Source of the DNA: a virus
Length of the DNA stretch: 64,000 nt
Direction: 5' to 3' (one strand)
IMG/VR virus record: IMGVR_UViG_3300036398_002324
Numbering within the stretch: the first letter of the stretch is position 1; every line of letters begins with the position of its first letter. This document shows, one piece after another, positions 23,101 to 30,682 of this stretch. The position numbers were made by a program, and so were the translations under genes. The notes beneath the pieces are model-generated. The model worked only from the letters and a program-made list of their open reading frames with translations. It was not told the DNA's origin and searched no databases.

Positions 23101-23438
23101 CAGGTTCTGGAATTTTAGTGTATTACAAACTACTATCAGATTCAGATAGTGCAAGCTTTGATGACAATAACTATCAATTGATGACTGAATTTTCAGACAC
23201 TTTAAACGTGACTTCTACGGCTAAAAACGATTTCTTTGAAGCTATCTACGCTCCAGGTACCTATGGTACAGGCGAATTTGATAATAAGGTTTCGTATTTG
23301 TCTGCTAACGGAAGCATTGATCCATACACAGATTTCTCATTATTTGCAATCAAAGTGGTTATGTATGGAACAAGCACTGTTAATGTTCCTAAAATTTCAC
23401 AGTTGCGTGTTGTTGCTTTACCTGCATCTACTACATAA
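17139..23438 (+). CDS. Large virion structural protein (VrlC/DUF4815-like)
   Basis: TNFNQDPYYDDFDDDKNYYRVLFKPGNAVQARELTQLQ, APGADRYKI, YLPRID, RYTMRDI..L.KRI..LE.YTSLS, DPLAQTF. Confidence 0.8.
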   Translation: MALITNFNQDPYYDDFDDDKNYYRVLFKPGNAVQARELTQLQTNLQDQIKKFGDHIFKTGSIVTGGQITIQNTTYLNISSTYSGQDISYLNFDKQIIINTANTKRAYVLKSYPASVSDNQPITFIINQMYGDPFTSDESFYTSNNDVSSIVYYANTASSNVTGNCQSFSVNEGVFYYDGFFVKTQPQTVAINKYSLQGSAIVGFNVNEDLIDYSEDTTLLDPAQGSSNFQAPGADRYKIEMVLDTRSVDSTDLKQFIELGTVQDGVPLKVAQTPIYAAIGDELARRTEDESGDYVIKNFAIELNDSAANSAYSNISLGSGKAYIKGYEFRRDAPTIITVPKPRTTESVSNRRIEVDYGYYIFANSLFGNFATNQYSNVELSLLNTGQANAYLNAGNTAIYSNTVIGNTKVKLVSFYSVSANTLESNNYIYKVFLTDINTRSIGANGGYGVNATSGSATTIVLPSGYAANNDVYKGLSIRIVGGAPFNTPSDNTARIITDYVGSTLTATVSPPFSSDAATAAAAGNFRFVIDPKFVDVESLVTRSASGLRIASANVSPLSKDRSYGSSATSITQSKLFQPTIINESKREPLLIKIGENNIADNTIRDFSYSYRRLYQTVTFTSGVSQSLSLGTGETLQSAATSSSKQEYYQIVVTNQGTGIHVKGKTVPAQQFSVDTASRTISVDGGENMTANIYAVVNASNPTSKTKTFIPANTKLVDPSWGLGLGTYISVFGTNASGNTNANIAPYDGQTIINQNIVERKPGAPQYLYVTDVHSINAIFDLNGSNVSTSVYNSLTEASNVTSRYVLNTGQKDSYYEWASITLKPGQNAPIGPLVVRYNRFTSNGSGYFDIDSYTRLGSQEKGGQGLDYGLVPIFTTQDGAKIPLKDYLDFRPVRADATSTYRANNFVLNVDEAVLGPQIAEPGLDIITDYEYYLPRIDRVVLNKSREFQVLQGIPAINPVVPIEPTDSMTLYVLSYPPYTTFTNSATIQTFNHRRYTMRDIARLDKRISNLELYTSLSIAELATINKNDRTVRDSVGLSRPKNGVFVDSFVDKAAAAITQPDFDAAIDIVSRLCRGSFNLNSTTIFSNNSISNQNIEINGPLLLLSSSNTTFVSQNRASKTMNINPFNIVNYIGTVKLDPPSDVWRSETRLESQNIDLSGGQEAADAWSAMEFTSYGYWNTEVIGVSKQVLDKSTKIDVTSASGKYAAEASAQFEKTGKASSVAGGTGAAIKGDVDYITTTNYLETQTLEKTRTNLVTTITPKQLTESFGDRLVDVSVVQYMREKNILILGTKFKPFTTLNAFFDNVNVNDNIAKINRFEMTQNKLKYKTTIADAETVTFYKVSDTSGLKDTDIQIGTGKVVLTSSKNAFIVSITPEPTFGSWIQCTPDGIWIKGDVTGQVYRTTNWIHQSGIARAGGATTISLAHSVGGASNATDYVGKTIRIIAGKGKGQSATISNYTFGTGVADIDGTWKTNPDSTSVYTIGTLETTKEGACAAVFFMPADVYRTGEKVLRLIDDEFNNIENSRTNGNAKFYSQGQVDTKQEQIVTVFVPTSTQTSVTEQTTDTVTSVKSVTNTTTKNNVVIGYYDPLAQTFLINPNQYPQGIVIDSVRVCFKTKDVSEPVTCQIRPVNNGYPSSAVIYPYAEKTLTPDEVNITDIPDLGDANKYTEFKFDVPVLLLPGEHSFVLVSNSNGYECYVAQIGGTDIRTSVKISEQPYTGSLFLSQNGSTWTADQELDIMFSIQKRVFSQNSGQAFFEADLSGYSSNTVFDTLNFMSTDATVLNTNISYDFIAQPESGDSQPFLPIIPNLDYDCVDGYGRRILSKTIGNTSFQLRATLSTTNSDISPMIDISRLNLLTIENKINNMELQNTGFIIVNQGSGYTTNGSVIFSYPDGAVGQGAGGAARAVTDGDKITRIELTNAGTGYLTSPILQITGGGGSGATAVYNGEDKSSGGNSNIRYITKRVKLASGFEAGDLRVYMDVYRPPGSGILVYYKLLSDSDSASFDDNNYQLMTEFSDTLNVTSTAKNDFFEAIYAPGTYGTGEFDNKVSYLSANGSIDPYTDFSLFAIKVVMYGTSTVNVPKISQLRVVALPASTT

Positions 23439-23439
23439 T

Positions 23440-23661
23440 ATGTACGTTCAAATTAAAGATAATAAAAACTTTTATCGTGATACGGAAAGTAATGCGCTCC
23501 TCAACGTTAACGTTGAGGAGCTTAAAACTTATTACGCCGAACGAGAATTGCGTTTAAAAGAGATGCGAAAAAAAGAAGAAATGGAAAATAAAGTAAATAA
23601 ATTAGAAGAGGATGTATCTGAAATAAAAAATCTTCTGCGTCAACTTGTAGCAAAGTCATAA
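23440..23661 (+). CDS. Small conserved coiled-coil protein (73 aa)
   Basis: Likely start is the ATG at 23440, 1 nt after the upstream stop: MYVQIKDNKNFYRDTESNALLN...VNKLEEDVSEIKNLLRQL. Confidence 0.75.
   Translation: MYVQIKDNKNFYRDTESNALLNVNVEELKTYYAERELRLKEMRKKEEMENKVNKLEEDVSEIKNLLRQLVAKS
23496..23521. repeat. Perfect 26-bp palindrome
   Basis: GCTCCTCAACGTTAACGTTGAGGAGC is its own reverse complement. Confidence 0.9.
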
Positions 23662-23662
23662 A

Positions 23663-26600
23663 GTGAAAATAGACCAACTTACATCCGCAAACACTTTTGA
23701 AGAGTGGTTGTCAACAACTTCCGGATTAATTGCTGTTGCTAATAATCTTACCAACAATACTTACGGTGGATTTTTAGCAAACTCTTCAATCTCAATTGAA
23801 GGTAATCAATCTTCAATTAATGTTCGAACACATGCGAACATTAATACACTGAGGGCAAACACGGGCAATATTGCTAATTCTTATTTTGGAAAAAGCAATG
23901 CATCGGTTGAATTAGATTTAACCGTTGGAAGAAAACTAACAGCCAATACTCTTTACGCTGATACGATTTTTGTTTTTAACAATTTAGATGAAGCAATAAG
24001 TGTATATGATCAGGCAAATGCACAATTTATACATGCAAACTCTACTTTCGTTCAATCAAATTCTGCATATAATCATACAAATTCATCCTTTAATCATGCA
24101 AACGCAGAATTTGTAAAATCTAACTCCGCATTTGTTCGTTCCAATTCTGCATTCATACAATCTAATGCAGTTTATAATCACGCAAATAGCCAATTTATAC
24201 AATCCAATGCTGCATATAATCATGTAAATTCTTCATTTAATCATGCCAATTCTAGTTTTATTAAAGTTAATACGGCATTTGATTATACAAATTCACAGTT
24301 TATACAATCGAATGCTGCATTTGCTTTGAGTAATGCTGCATTTGTTCAAGCAAATGTAACGTTTCCTCAAGCCAATTTATCATTTGCTGCTGCCAATTCT
24401 CAATTTGCATACGCAAATGTTGTGTTAACACAATCGAATTCAGCATTCATTCGTGCTAATAATTCATTAGATGCAAACAATGGCGGATTGGTAACTGCTA
24501 CACCTGCATTTTCAACTTATTCATTGGTCTATACTCGATTTTTTGGCCAGTCTTATGGCGGTGGTGTTCTTGCACCTAATGGTGATGTGCATTTTGTACC
24601 TCTTCAAGCTGATATAGGACAAAAGATATCTGCTGCTGGTGTAGTATCAACATATTCGTTAGCTTATACAACATCTGCGGCTTCTGGTATTCATAATGGT
24701 GGTGTTCTAGCAACTAATGGAGACATTCACTTTGTTCCCAATAGTTCAAGAGTTGGACAAAAAATATCTTCTGCTGGTGTTGTATCGACTTACTCATTAG
24801 CATATACTACCACAAGTGCTTATGCAGGTGGTGTTCTAGCAACTAATGAAGAAATTTACTTTGTTCCTAATTTTGCAAGAGTTGGACAAAAAATCTCTTC
24901 CGCTGGTGTAGTTTCAACTTATTCATTAGTATATACAACTTCTTCCGCTTATCAAGGTGGTGTTCTTGCACAAAATGGTGACATTCACTTTGTTCCTAAT
25001 AGAGCAATAGTAGGACAAAAAATATCATCTAGCGGCGTTGTCACAACTTATTCTTTGGTATATACCACTGTTTTAGGCGCTTATGCAGGTGGTGTTCTTG
25101 CACCCAATGGTGATATTCATTTTATTCCTCTTAGTGCTAGAGTAGGACAAAAAGTATCATCTGCTGGTGTGGTATCTACTTATTCATTGCTGTATACGGT
25201 AACTAATGCTTATGTTGATGGTGTTCTTGCACCAAATGGAGATATACATTTTGTGCCTTTTAATGCTAACAGAGGACAAAAAATAACATCTGACGGTATT
25301 GTTTTAACGTATGCATTACCATCTATCGCTGCCAGTGGATTTTTTGGCGGAGTTTTAAATACAAATAAAGAACTAATTCCAGTTCCATATTCCAGTAGTT
25401 TTGGATTAAAATTAGACTTATCAAAGACATATTCATATGATTTCGCTAATCTTACAATAAGATCGACTGAAGGTATAAAAACTGAAGTTGCTGCTGGACA
25501 AGATTCTATCATAATCAAAAATCCTATTGGTGGAACAGGAGCAAATACCGCAAATCTAACACCAAACACATTGACTGCAAATGTGACTGTAACTATTCCA
25601 AATGAATCCTTTACAGTAGGTTTCAGAAATATACCAAAAGCAAATGCATTCGTTTACTCTGATATAGTTTCAACATATGCACTAGTATACACTAGTACAA
25701 CTCCAGCAGTTTATTCTGGTGGTGTTCTTGATCCAAATGGTGATGTTCATTTTGTTGCGTTTAATGCGCCAGTTGGACAAAAAGTATCTACAGCCGGTGT
25801 GGTATCAACATATTCGTTAGTATATACAACTGGTGGGTCATATTCTGGTGGTGTTCTTGCACAGAATGGTGATATACATTTTGTTCCTTTTCTTGCCAAT
25901 AGAGGACAAAAAGTATCATCGGCTGGTGTAGTATCCACTTATTCGTTGGTATACACAACGAGTCGTGCATATGCTGGTGGCGTTCTTGCACCTAATGGTG
26001 ATATTCATTTTGTTCCCCGTAGCGCAAACAGAGGACAAAAAATATCATCGGCTGGTGTAGTATCCACTTATTCGTTGGTATACACAACGAGTTTTGCATA
26101 CTGGGGTGGTGTTCTTGCACCAAATGGCGACATCCATTTTATTCCTCAAGATGCAAATAGAGGGCAAAAAATATCCGCATCGGGTGTTGTGTCAACATAT
26201 TCACTAGCATATACTACTTCGAGCGCATATTATGGTGGTGTTCTTGATTCAAATGGTGACATACATTTTGCTCCATATAACGCAAATAGAGGACAAAAAG
26301 TTTCTGCTTCTGGTGTAGTATCCACTTATTCAATTTTATTTAACGTGCTGGAACAAAGTGCTTATAATGGTGGTGTTCTTGCACCGAATGGTGACATTCA
26401 TTTTCTTCCTGGTGATGCTAATAGAATATTAAAAATATCATCTTCTGGAATAATATCCACTTATGCAGTTGCCACACCTCTTGATTATAGTGGTGGTGTT
26501 CTTGCACCAAATGGTGAAGTTCATCTTGCTCCAGACGATGGTTTTCGTGGTCAAAAAATAACATTATCAACCGAACACACGCTTGGTAGAGATGATTTAG

Positions 26601-26857
26601 GTAAACAAGTTAAATCTTCAACATTTGCAACAATAAACATTCCAGCAGCAACATTTACTGATGGTGATGTGATCACGATTGTAAATAACGGTAGAGGAAA
26701 CGTTAATATTAATTGTGGAGCTATAACAACGTCATATATTGCGGGAATAAATACAGATGTATCTCGTGTTAAAATTGGTCCAAGAGGTATCGTAACAATC
26801 ATGTTTACAGACATTGACAGTTGTGTTTTATCTGGAACAATAATAGAATTAGAGTAA
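23663..26857 (+). CDS. Tail-fibre/adhesin-like protein: heptad stalk plus two inserted 7-repeat (beta-propeller-like) domains
   Basis: GTG start. N-terminal ANTFEEW motif, xxNxAF heptads, 2x7 copies of STYSLVYT..AYxGGVLAPNGDIHFVP..A..GQKIS..GVV. Scaffold is paralogous to 26877-28202. Confidence 0.8.
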   Translation: MKIDQLTSANTFEEWLSTTSGLIAVANNLTNNTYGGFLANSSISIEGNQSSINVRTHANINTLRANTGNIANSYFGKSNASVELDLTVGRKLTANTLYADTIFVFNNLDEAISVYDQANAQFIHANSTFVQSNSAYNHTNSSFNHANAEFVKSNSAFVRSNSAFIQSNAVYNHANSQFIQSNAAYNHVNSSFNHANSSFIKVNTAFDYTNSQFIQSNAAFALSNAAFVQANVTFPQANLSFAAANSQFAYANVVLTQSNSAFIRANNSLDANNGGLVTATPAFSTYSLVYTRFFGQSYGGGVLAPNGDVHFVPLQADIGQKISAAGVVSTYSLAYTTSAASGIHNGGVLATNGDIHFVPNSSRVGQKISSAGVVSTYSLAYTTTSAYAGGVLATNEEIYFVPNFARVGQKISSAGVVSTYSLVYTTSSAYQGGVLAQNGDIHFVPNRAIVGQKISSSGVVTTYSLVYTTVLGAYAGGVLAPNGDIHFIPLSARVGQKVSSAGVVSTYSLLYTVTNAYVDGVLAPNGDIHFVPFNANRGQKITSDGIVLTYALPSIAASGFFGGVLNTNKELIPVPYSSSFGLKLDLSKTYSYDFANLTIRSTEGIKTEVAAGQDSIIIKNPIGGTGANTANLTPNTLTANVTVTIPNESFTVGFRNIPKANAFVYSDIVSTYALVYTSTTPAVYSGGVLDPNGDVHFVAFNAPVGQKVSTAGVVSTYSLVYTTGGSYSGGVLAQNGDIHFVPFLANRGQKVSSAGVVSTYSLVYTTSRAYAGGVLAPNGDIHFVPRSANRGQKISSAGVVSTYSLVYTTSFAYWGGVLAPNGDIHFIPQDANRGQKISASGVVSTYSLAYTTSSAYYGGVLDSNGDIHFAPYNANRGQKVSASGVVSTYSILFNVLEQSAYNGGVLAPNGDIHFLPGDANRILKISSSGIISTYAVATPLDYSGGVLAPNGEVHLAPDDGFRGQKITLSTEHTLGRDDLGKQVKSSTFATINIPAATFTDGDVITIVNNGRGNVNINCGAITTSYIAGINTDVSRVKIGPRGIVTIMFTDIDSCVLSGTIIELE

Positions 26858-26876
26858 TTATTTTTAGAAAACAAAA

Positions 26877-28202
26877 ATGGCAATAAATCAACTATCAACT
26901 TCGAATACATTTACAGACTGGTTGCAAGCAACTTCTTCATTAATTGAAGTTGCCAACAGTCTTACAAGTAATGCTAGTGGCGGTCTTATTGCCAACTCTT
27001 CAATCTTCATTCAAGGTGAAGGTGCATCATTAAACGTTCGTACACTTGCGAATATTAATACTCTGCAAGCAAATACTGCAAACATTGGTAATACCAGATT
27101 TAGTGAGAGTAATGTAAATATTCAACTAGATTTAACTGTTGGAAGAAATTTATCGACAGTTAGTATTTACGCAAACGAGATTTATCAGAAGGGTGCAAAT
27201 CTTCTACCGCTAATACAAAAGGTGCAACCCGCATATGATCACGCAAATGCTGGATTTATTCATGCAAACTCTGGTTTTATAAAAACCAATTCTGCATATG
27301 ATTCTGTAAATGCAGCATTTATACATGCCAATTCTGGTTTTATTCAAACTAATGCTGCGTTTGACCATGCTAATTCTGGTTTCATTCAAGCCAACTCAGC
27401 GTTTGTACATGCTAATTTTGGATTCACGCAAACCAACACAGCTTACACTCAAACAAATGCTGCTTTTATTACAGCAAACAGTGGATTTATTCAAACCAAT
27501 GCAGCATTTGACCACGCTAATTCAGGATTTATTCAAGCTAACACTTCTTTTGCACGTACTAATGCTGCATTCAATCATGCGAATTCAGGATTCATACAAG
27601 CAAACGCTGCATTTGATCATGCTAATTCTGGATTCATTCAAGCCAATGCAGCATTCAATAGTGCAAATGCTGCATTTATTCGTGCCAATAACTCCTTAGA
27701 TGCAAACAATGGTGGTATTGTTACTGGTAATGTTATCGTTAGATCATCTGTCGGTATAAAAGTAGAAAATGATATTTTACAAGATGCTATTATTCTAAAA
27801 GGCAGAAATGGTGGAACTAGTTCATATTCTGCAACACTTGTACCAGACACACTTACAAGTAACGTTACTGTTACGATTCCGGGTGAAAATTTCACTGTTG
27901 GTTTTAGAAACATACCATCGGCTGGAGATAAAACATTTTATACTTTACAAGTTTCTGATGTTGGAAAATATATTAAAGTTGCTGGTACAATCACGATACC
28001 AAACAACACATTTTCAGAAAATGATGTTGTAACACTTTATAATAATACAAGCACTAGCAAAACAATAACATGTGATATAGCTGTAGCTTACATTGCAGCA
28101 TTTGATACTGATGTTTCTAGTGTATCTCTTTCACCAAGAGGCATTGCAACAATTTTGTTTACAACTTCTAATAGTTGTGTGATTATGGGGAATGCTATAT
28201 AA
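26877..28202 (+). CDS. Tail-fibre-like protein (insertion-free paralogue of 23663-26857)
   Basis: MAINQLSTSNTFTDWL N-terminus, ANxAF heptads, ANNSLDANNGG, FTVGFRNIP and a PRGIATILF C-terminal domain. Confidence 0.8.
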   Translation: MAINQLSTSNTFTDWLQATSSLIEVANSLTSNASGGLIANSSIFIQGEGASLNVRTLANINTLQANTANIGNTRFSESNVNIQLDLTVGRNLSTVSIYANEIYQKGANLLPLIQKVQPAYDHANAGFIHANSGFIKTNSAYDSVNAAFIHANSGFIQTNAAFDHANSGFIQANSAFVHANFGFTQTNTAYTQTNAAFITANSGFIQTNAAFDHANSGFIQANTSFARTNAAFNHANSGFIQANAAFDHANSGFIQANAAFNSANAAFIRANNSLDANNGGIVTGNVIVRSSVGIKVENDILQDAIILKGRNGGTSSYSATLVPDTLTSNVTVTIPGENFTVGFRNIPSAGDKTFYTLQVSDVGKYIKVAGTITIPNNTFSENDVVTLYNNTSTSKTITCDIAVAYIAAFDTDVSSVSLSPRGIATILFTTSNSCVIMGNAI

Positions 28203-30673
28203 TGGCAGTTATTTTTAGAAATAGAGTTTATGGTATTACTGACCAATACGCCACTCAAAATACTTATTTTCAATTAACAGGTCCTGTTGGTCTTCCAACA
28301 GGACTAAGCTCTGGTCAAGCGTACTGGAGAATTGATGGTGCAGGAACAGGCTTTGGTCTTAGCAATGTTGCATCCGGAAATAGTATATATTATTCTATGA
28401 GTACGGGAACTGATTGGGAAGTTGGAAAAGGTAGACTGTATATTTCTGATTTTAGAGTTTACACTCAAAGGGCTTCATATACAATCAGTGATGCGTATTC
28501 GGATGGTGTTCTTGGAAATGATGGTTACATTCATTTTGTTCCATACAATGCGACTGTTGGACAAAAGATATCCGACGCTGGTGTAGTGTCAACCTATTCA
28601 TTAATTTACACCACTGCTGGTGCTTATGTTGGTGGTGTTCTTGGTGATGATGGTCATGTTTATTTTGTTCCCCACAATGCAAGAGTTGGACAAAAAGTAG
28701 ATTTCAATGGTACTGTATCAACCTATTCATTAGTATATACAACGGCTGGAGCGTATGCCGGCGGCGTTCTGGATCCATTTCAACAAGATCATATTCATTT
28801 TGTTCCACACAATGCTAATAGGGGACAACGAGTTGGCCAAGGAACAGATTATGGTTTAGTTTCAACTTATTCATTACCCTATACAACAGCTGGTGCATAT
28901 TGGGGTGGATTTCAAGGTCCATTTGCTGCAAACTTTGTTAATTATAATGCAAACCGAGGAATGAAAGTAGAGGCTAATACTGATCCCGAAACAACAACAT
29001 CAGCGCCTCCAGTAATTACAACATATACATTACCCTATACCGCTGCTGGTGCTTATCGAGGCGCTGTTTTAGATTATTTAGGTAATGCTCATTATGTTCC
29101 ATACAATGCGAATAGGGGTACTTATAATCAAGACGGAGTAGTTGAAAATATTGTAACGACATATTCACTTGCATATACAACAACGGGTGCATATTCTGGT
29201 GGTGTTTTAGACGACCTAGGTCGTCCACAAATTTTGCCTGATGGTTCTGAAGACAGTGGTCCCAGTATTCATTTTGTTCCACATAATGCAAGAGTCGGTC
29301 AGAAAATATTTCAACAATCAACTTTTGATTCAACCTTCAGTGGCATGGTAACAACATATGCTTTACCTTACACAACTACCGGAGCATATGAGGGTGGTGT
29401 AATTGAGGTGTTTTCAAAAAATATTTACTTTGTTCCACGTAATGCCAATCAAATACAAAAATTATCTTACAATACAATAACTAGAGACACAGTATATTCT
29501 TCATCAAATAATAATAATCCCGTTGATTTTGATTTTACTCCGAGCATATACGAAGGTCCTTACGTTGTTTATCCAAATGCTGTTGCCGTTGGTGGTGTTC
29601 CATCGGGGGATAACAATGAAATTGGACCGGATTTATCTGGTTGGAGAGCATTTCGTGGTTTGTTAGAACAAGGCGTTCTGGGCGGTAATGTATTTAATAA
29701 TCGTGGAGTTGGTGGAATTGTATCGACATATTCTTTGGGTTATACGCTTACTAATTCTTATCGTGGTGGTGTTCTTGCACCAAACGGAGACATTCACTTT
29801 GTTCCTTATCTGGCTAATAGAGGACAAAAAATCTCTTCATCTGGTGTCGTATCAACATATTCATTAGTTTATACTTCCGACGCTTATCTGGGTGGTGTTC
29901 TTGCACCAAATGGTGATATACATTTTATTCCTCATAGTGCTAGAGTAGGACAAAAAATTAATATAAACGGTGTTGTATCCACATATTCATTACTATATAC
30001 AACGCTCACTTCTTATGGTGGTGGTGTTCTTGCACCAAATGGAGACGTACACTTTATTCCTTATAGTGCCGAAAGAGGACAAAAAGTCTCTGCTGCTGGC
30101 GTTGTGTCAACATATTCATTAGTTTATACCGGTCCTGCCGTTTATGGTGGTGGTGTTCTTGCGCCTAATGGCGATATACATTTTGTACCGTTACAGGGTA
30201 ACAGAGGACAAAAAATATCTGCTGCTGGCGTAGTGTCAACATATTCATTGATATATACGAATTCCGGTGGTTCTTATTGGAGTGGTGTTGTTGCACCAAA
30301 TGGTGATATACATTTTATTCCTGCCAATGCTGTTGTAGGACAAAAAATATCTATTAATGGTACCGTTTCAACATATTCGTTAGTGTATACTGCAACTCTT
30401 GCTCATGCTGGTGGTGTTCTTGCGCCAAATGGTGATATTCATTTTGTTCCTTGGTGGGGAAATCGAGGACAAAAAATATCTGCTGCTGGTGTAGTGTCAA
30501 CATATCCATTGATACATACAAATGCCACTGGTTCTCATTTTGGTGGTATTCTCAGACCTAATGGTGACATACATTTTGTACCTACAAATGCTGTTGGTCA
30601 AATGATTTCAACACTTCCTAGTACACCATTACCTATGAATGCATGTCTCAGTCCATTTTTAAACAAACTTTAA
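28202..30673 (+). CDS. Putative receptor-binding protein with two 7-repeat propeller domains
   Basis: Likely start is the ATG at 28202 (TAATG overlap). N-terminal domain WEVGKG...[insert]...TRDTVYSSSN; ends LSPFLNKL. Confidence 0.78.
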   Translation: MAVIFRNRVYGITDQYATQNTYFQLTGPVGLPTGLSSGQAYWRIDGAGTGFGLSNVASGNSIYYSMSTGTDWEVGKGRLYISDFRVYTQRASYTISDAYSDGVLGNDGYIHFVPYNATVGQKISDAGVVSTYSLIYTTAGAYVGGVLGDDGHVYFVPHNARVGQKVDFNGTVSTYSLVYTTAGAYAGGVLDPFQQDHIHFVPHNANRGQRVGQGTDYGLVSTYSLPYTTAGAYWGGFQGPFAANFVNYNANRGMKVEANTDPETTTSAPPVITTYTLPYTAAGAYRGAVLDYLGNAHYVPYNANRGTYNQDGVVENIVTTYSLAYTTTGAYSGGVLDDLGRPQILPDGSEDSGPSIHFVPHNARVGQKIFQQSTFDSTFSGMVTTYALPYTTTGAYEGGVIEVFSKNIYFVPRNANQIQKLSYNTITRDTVYSSSNNNNPVDFDFTPSIYEGPYVVYPNAVAVGGVPSGDNNEIGPDLSGWRAFRGLLEQGVLGGNVFNNRGVGGIVSTYSLGYTLTNSYRGGVLAPNGDIHFVPYLANRGQKISSSGVVSTYSLVYTSDAYLGGVLAPNGDIHFIPHSARVGQKININGVVSTYSLLYTTLTSYGGGVLAPNGDVHFIPYSAERGQKVSAAGVVSTYSLVYTGPAVYGGGVLAPNGDIHFVPLQGNRGQKISAAGVVSTYSLIYTNSGGSYWSGVVAPNGDIHFIPANAVVGQKISINGTVSTYSLVYTATLAHAGGVLAPNGDIHFVPWWGNRGQKISAAGVVSTYPLIHTNATGSHFGGILRPNGDIHFVPTNAVGQMISTLPSTPLPMNACLSPFLNKL

Positions 30674-30682
30674 AGAAAAAAT

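Noticed and set aside
23236-23439. 141-aa ORF starting at 23236
   Set aside because: It overlaps the 2099-aa gene by ~200 nt out of frame; the ATG at 23440 gives a plausible coupled gene.
26747-26753. ATAAATA inside the 23663 gene as a late promoter
   Set aside because: It is intragenic, ~125 nt from the next start, and such 7-mers arise by chance in AT-rich DNA.
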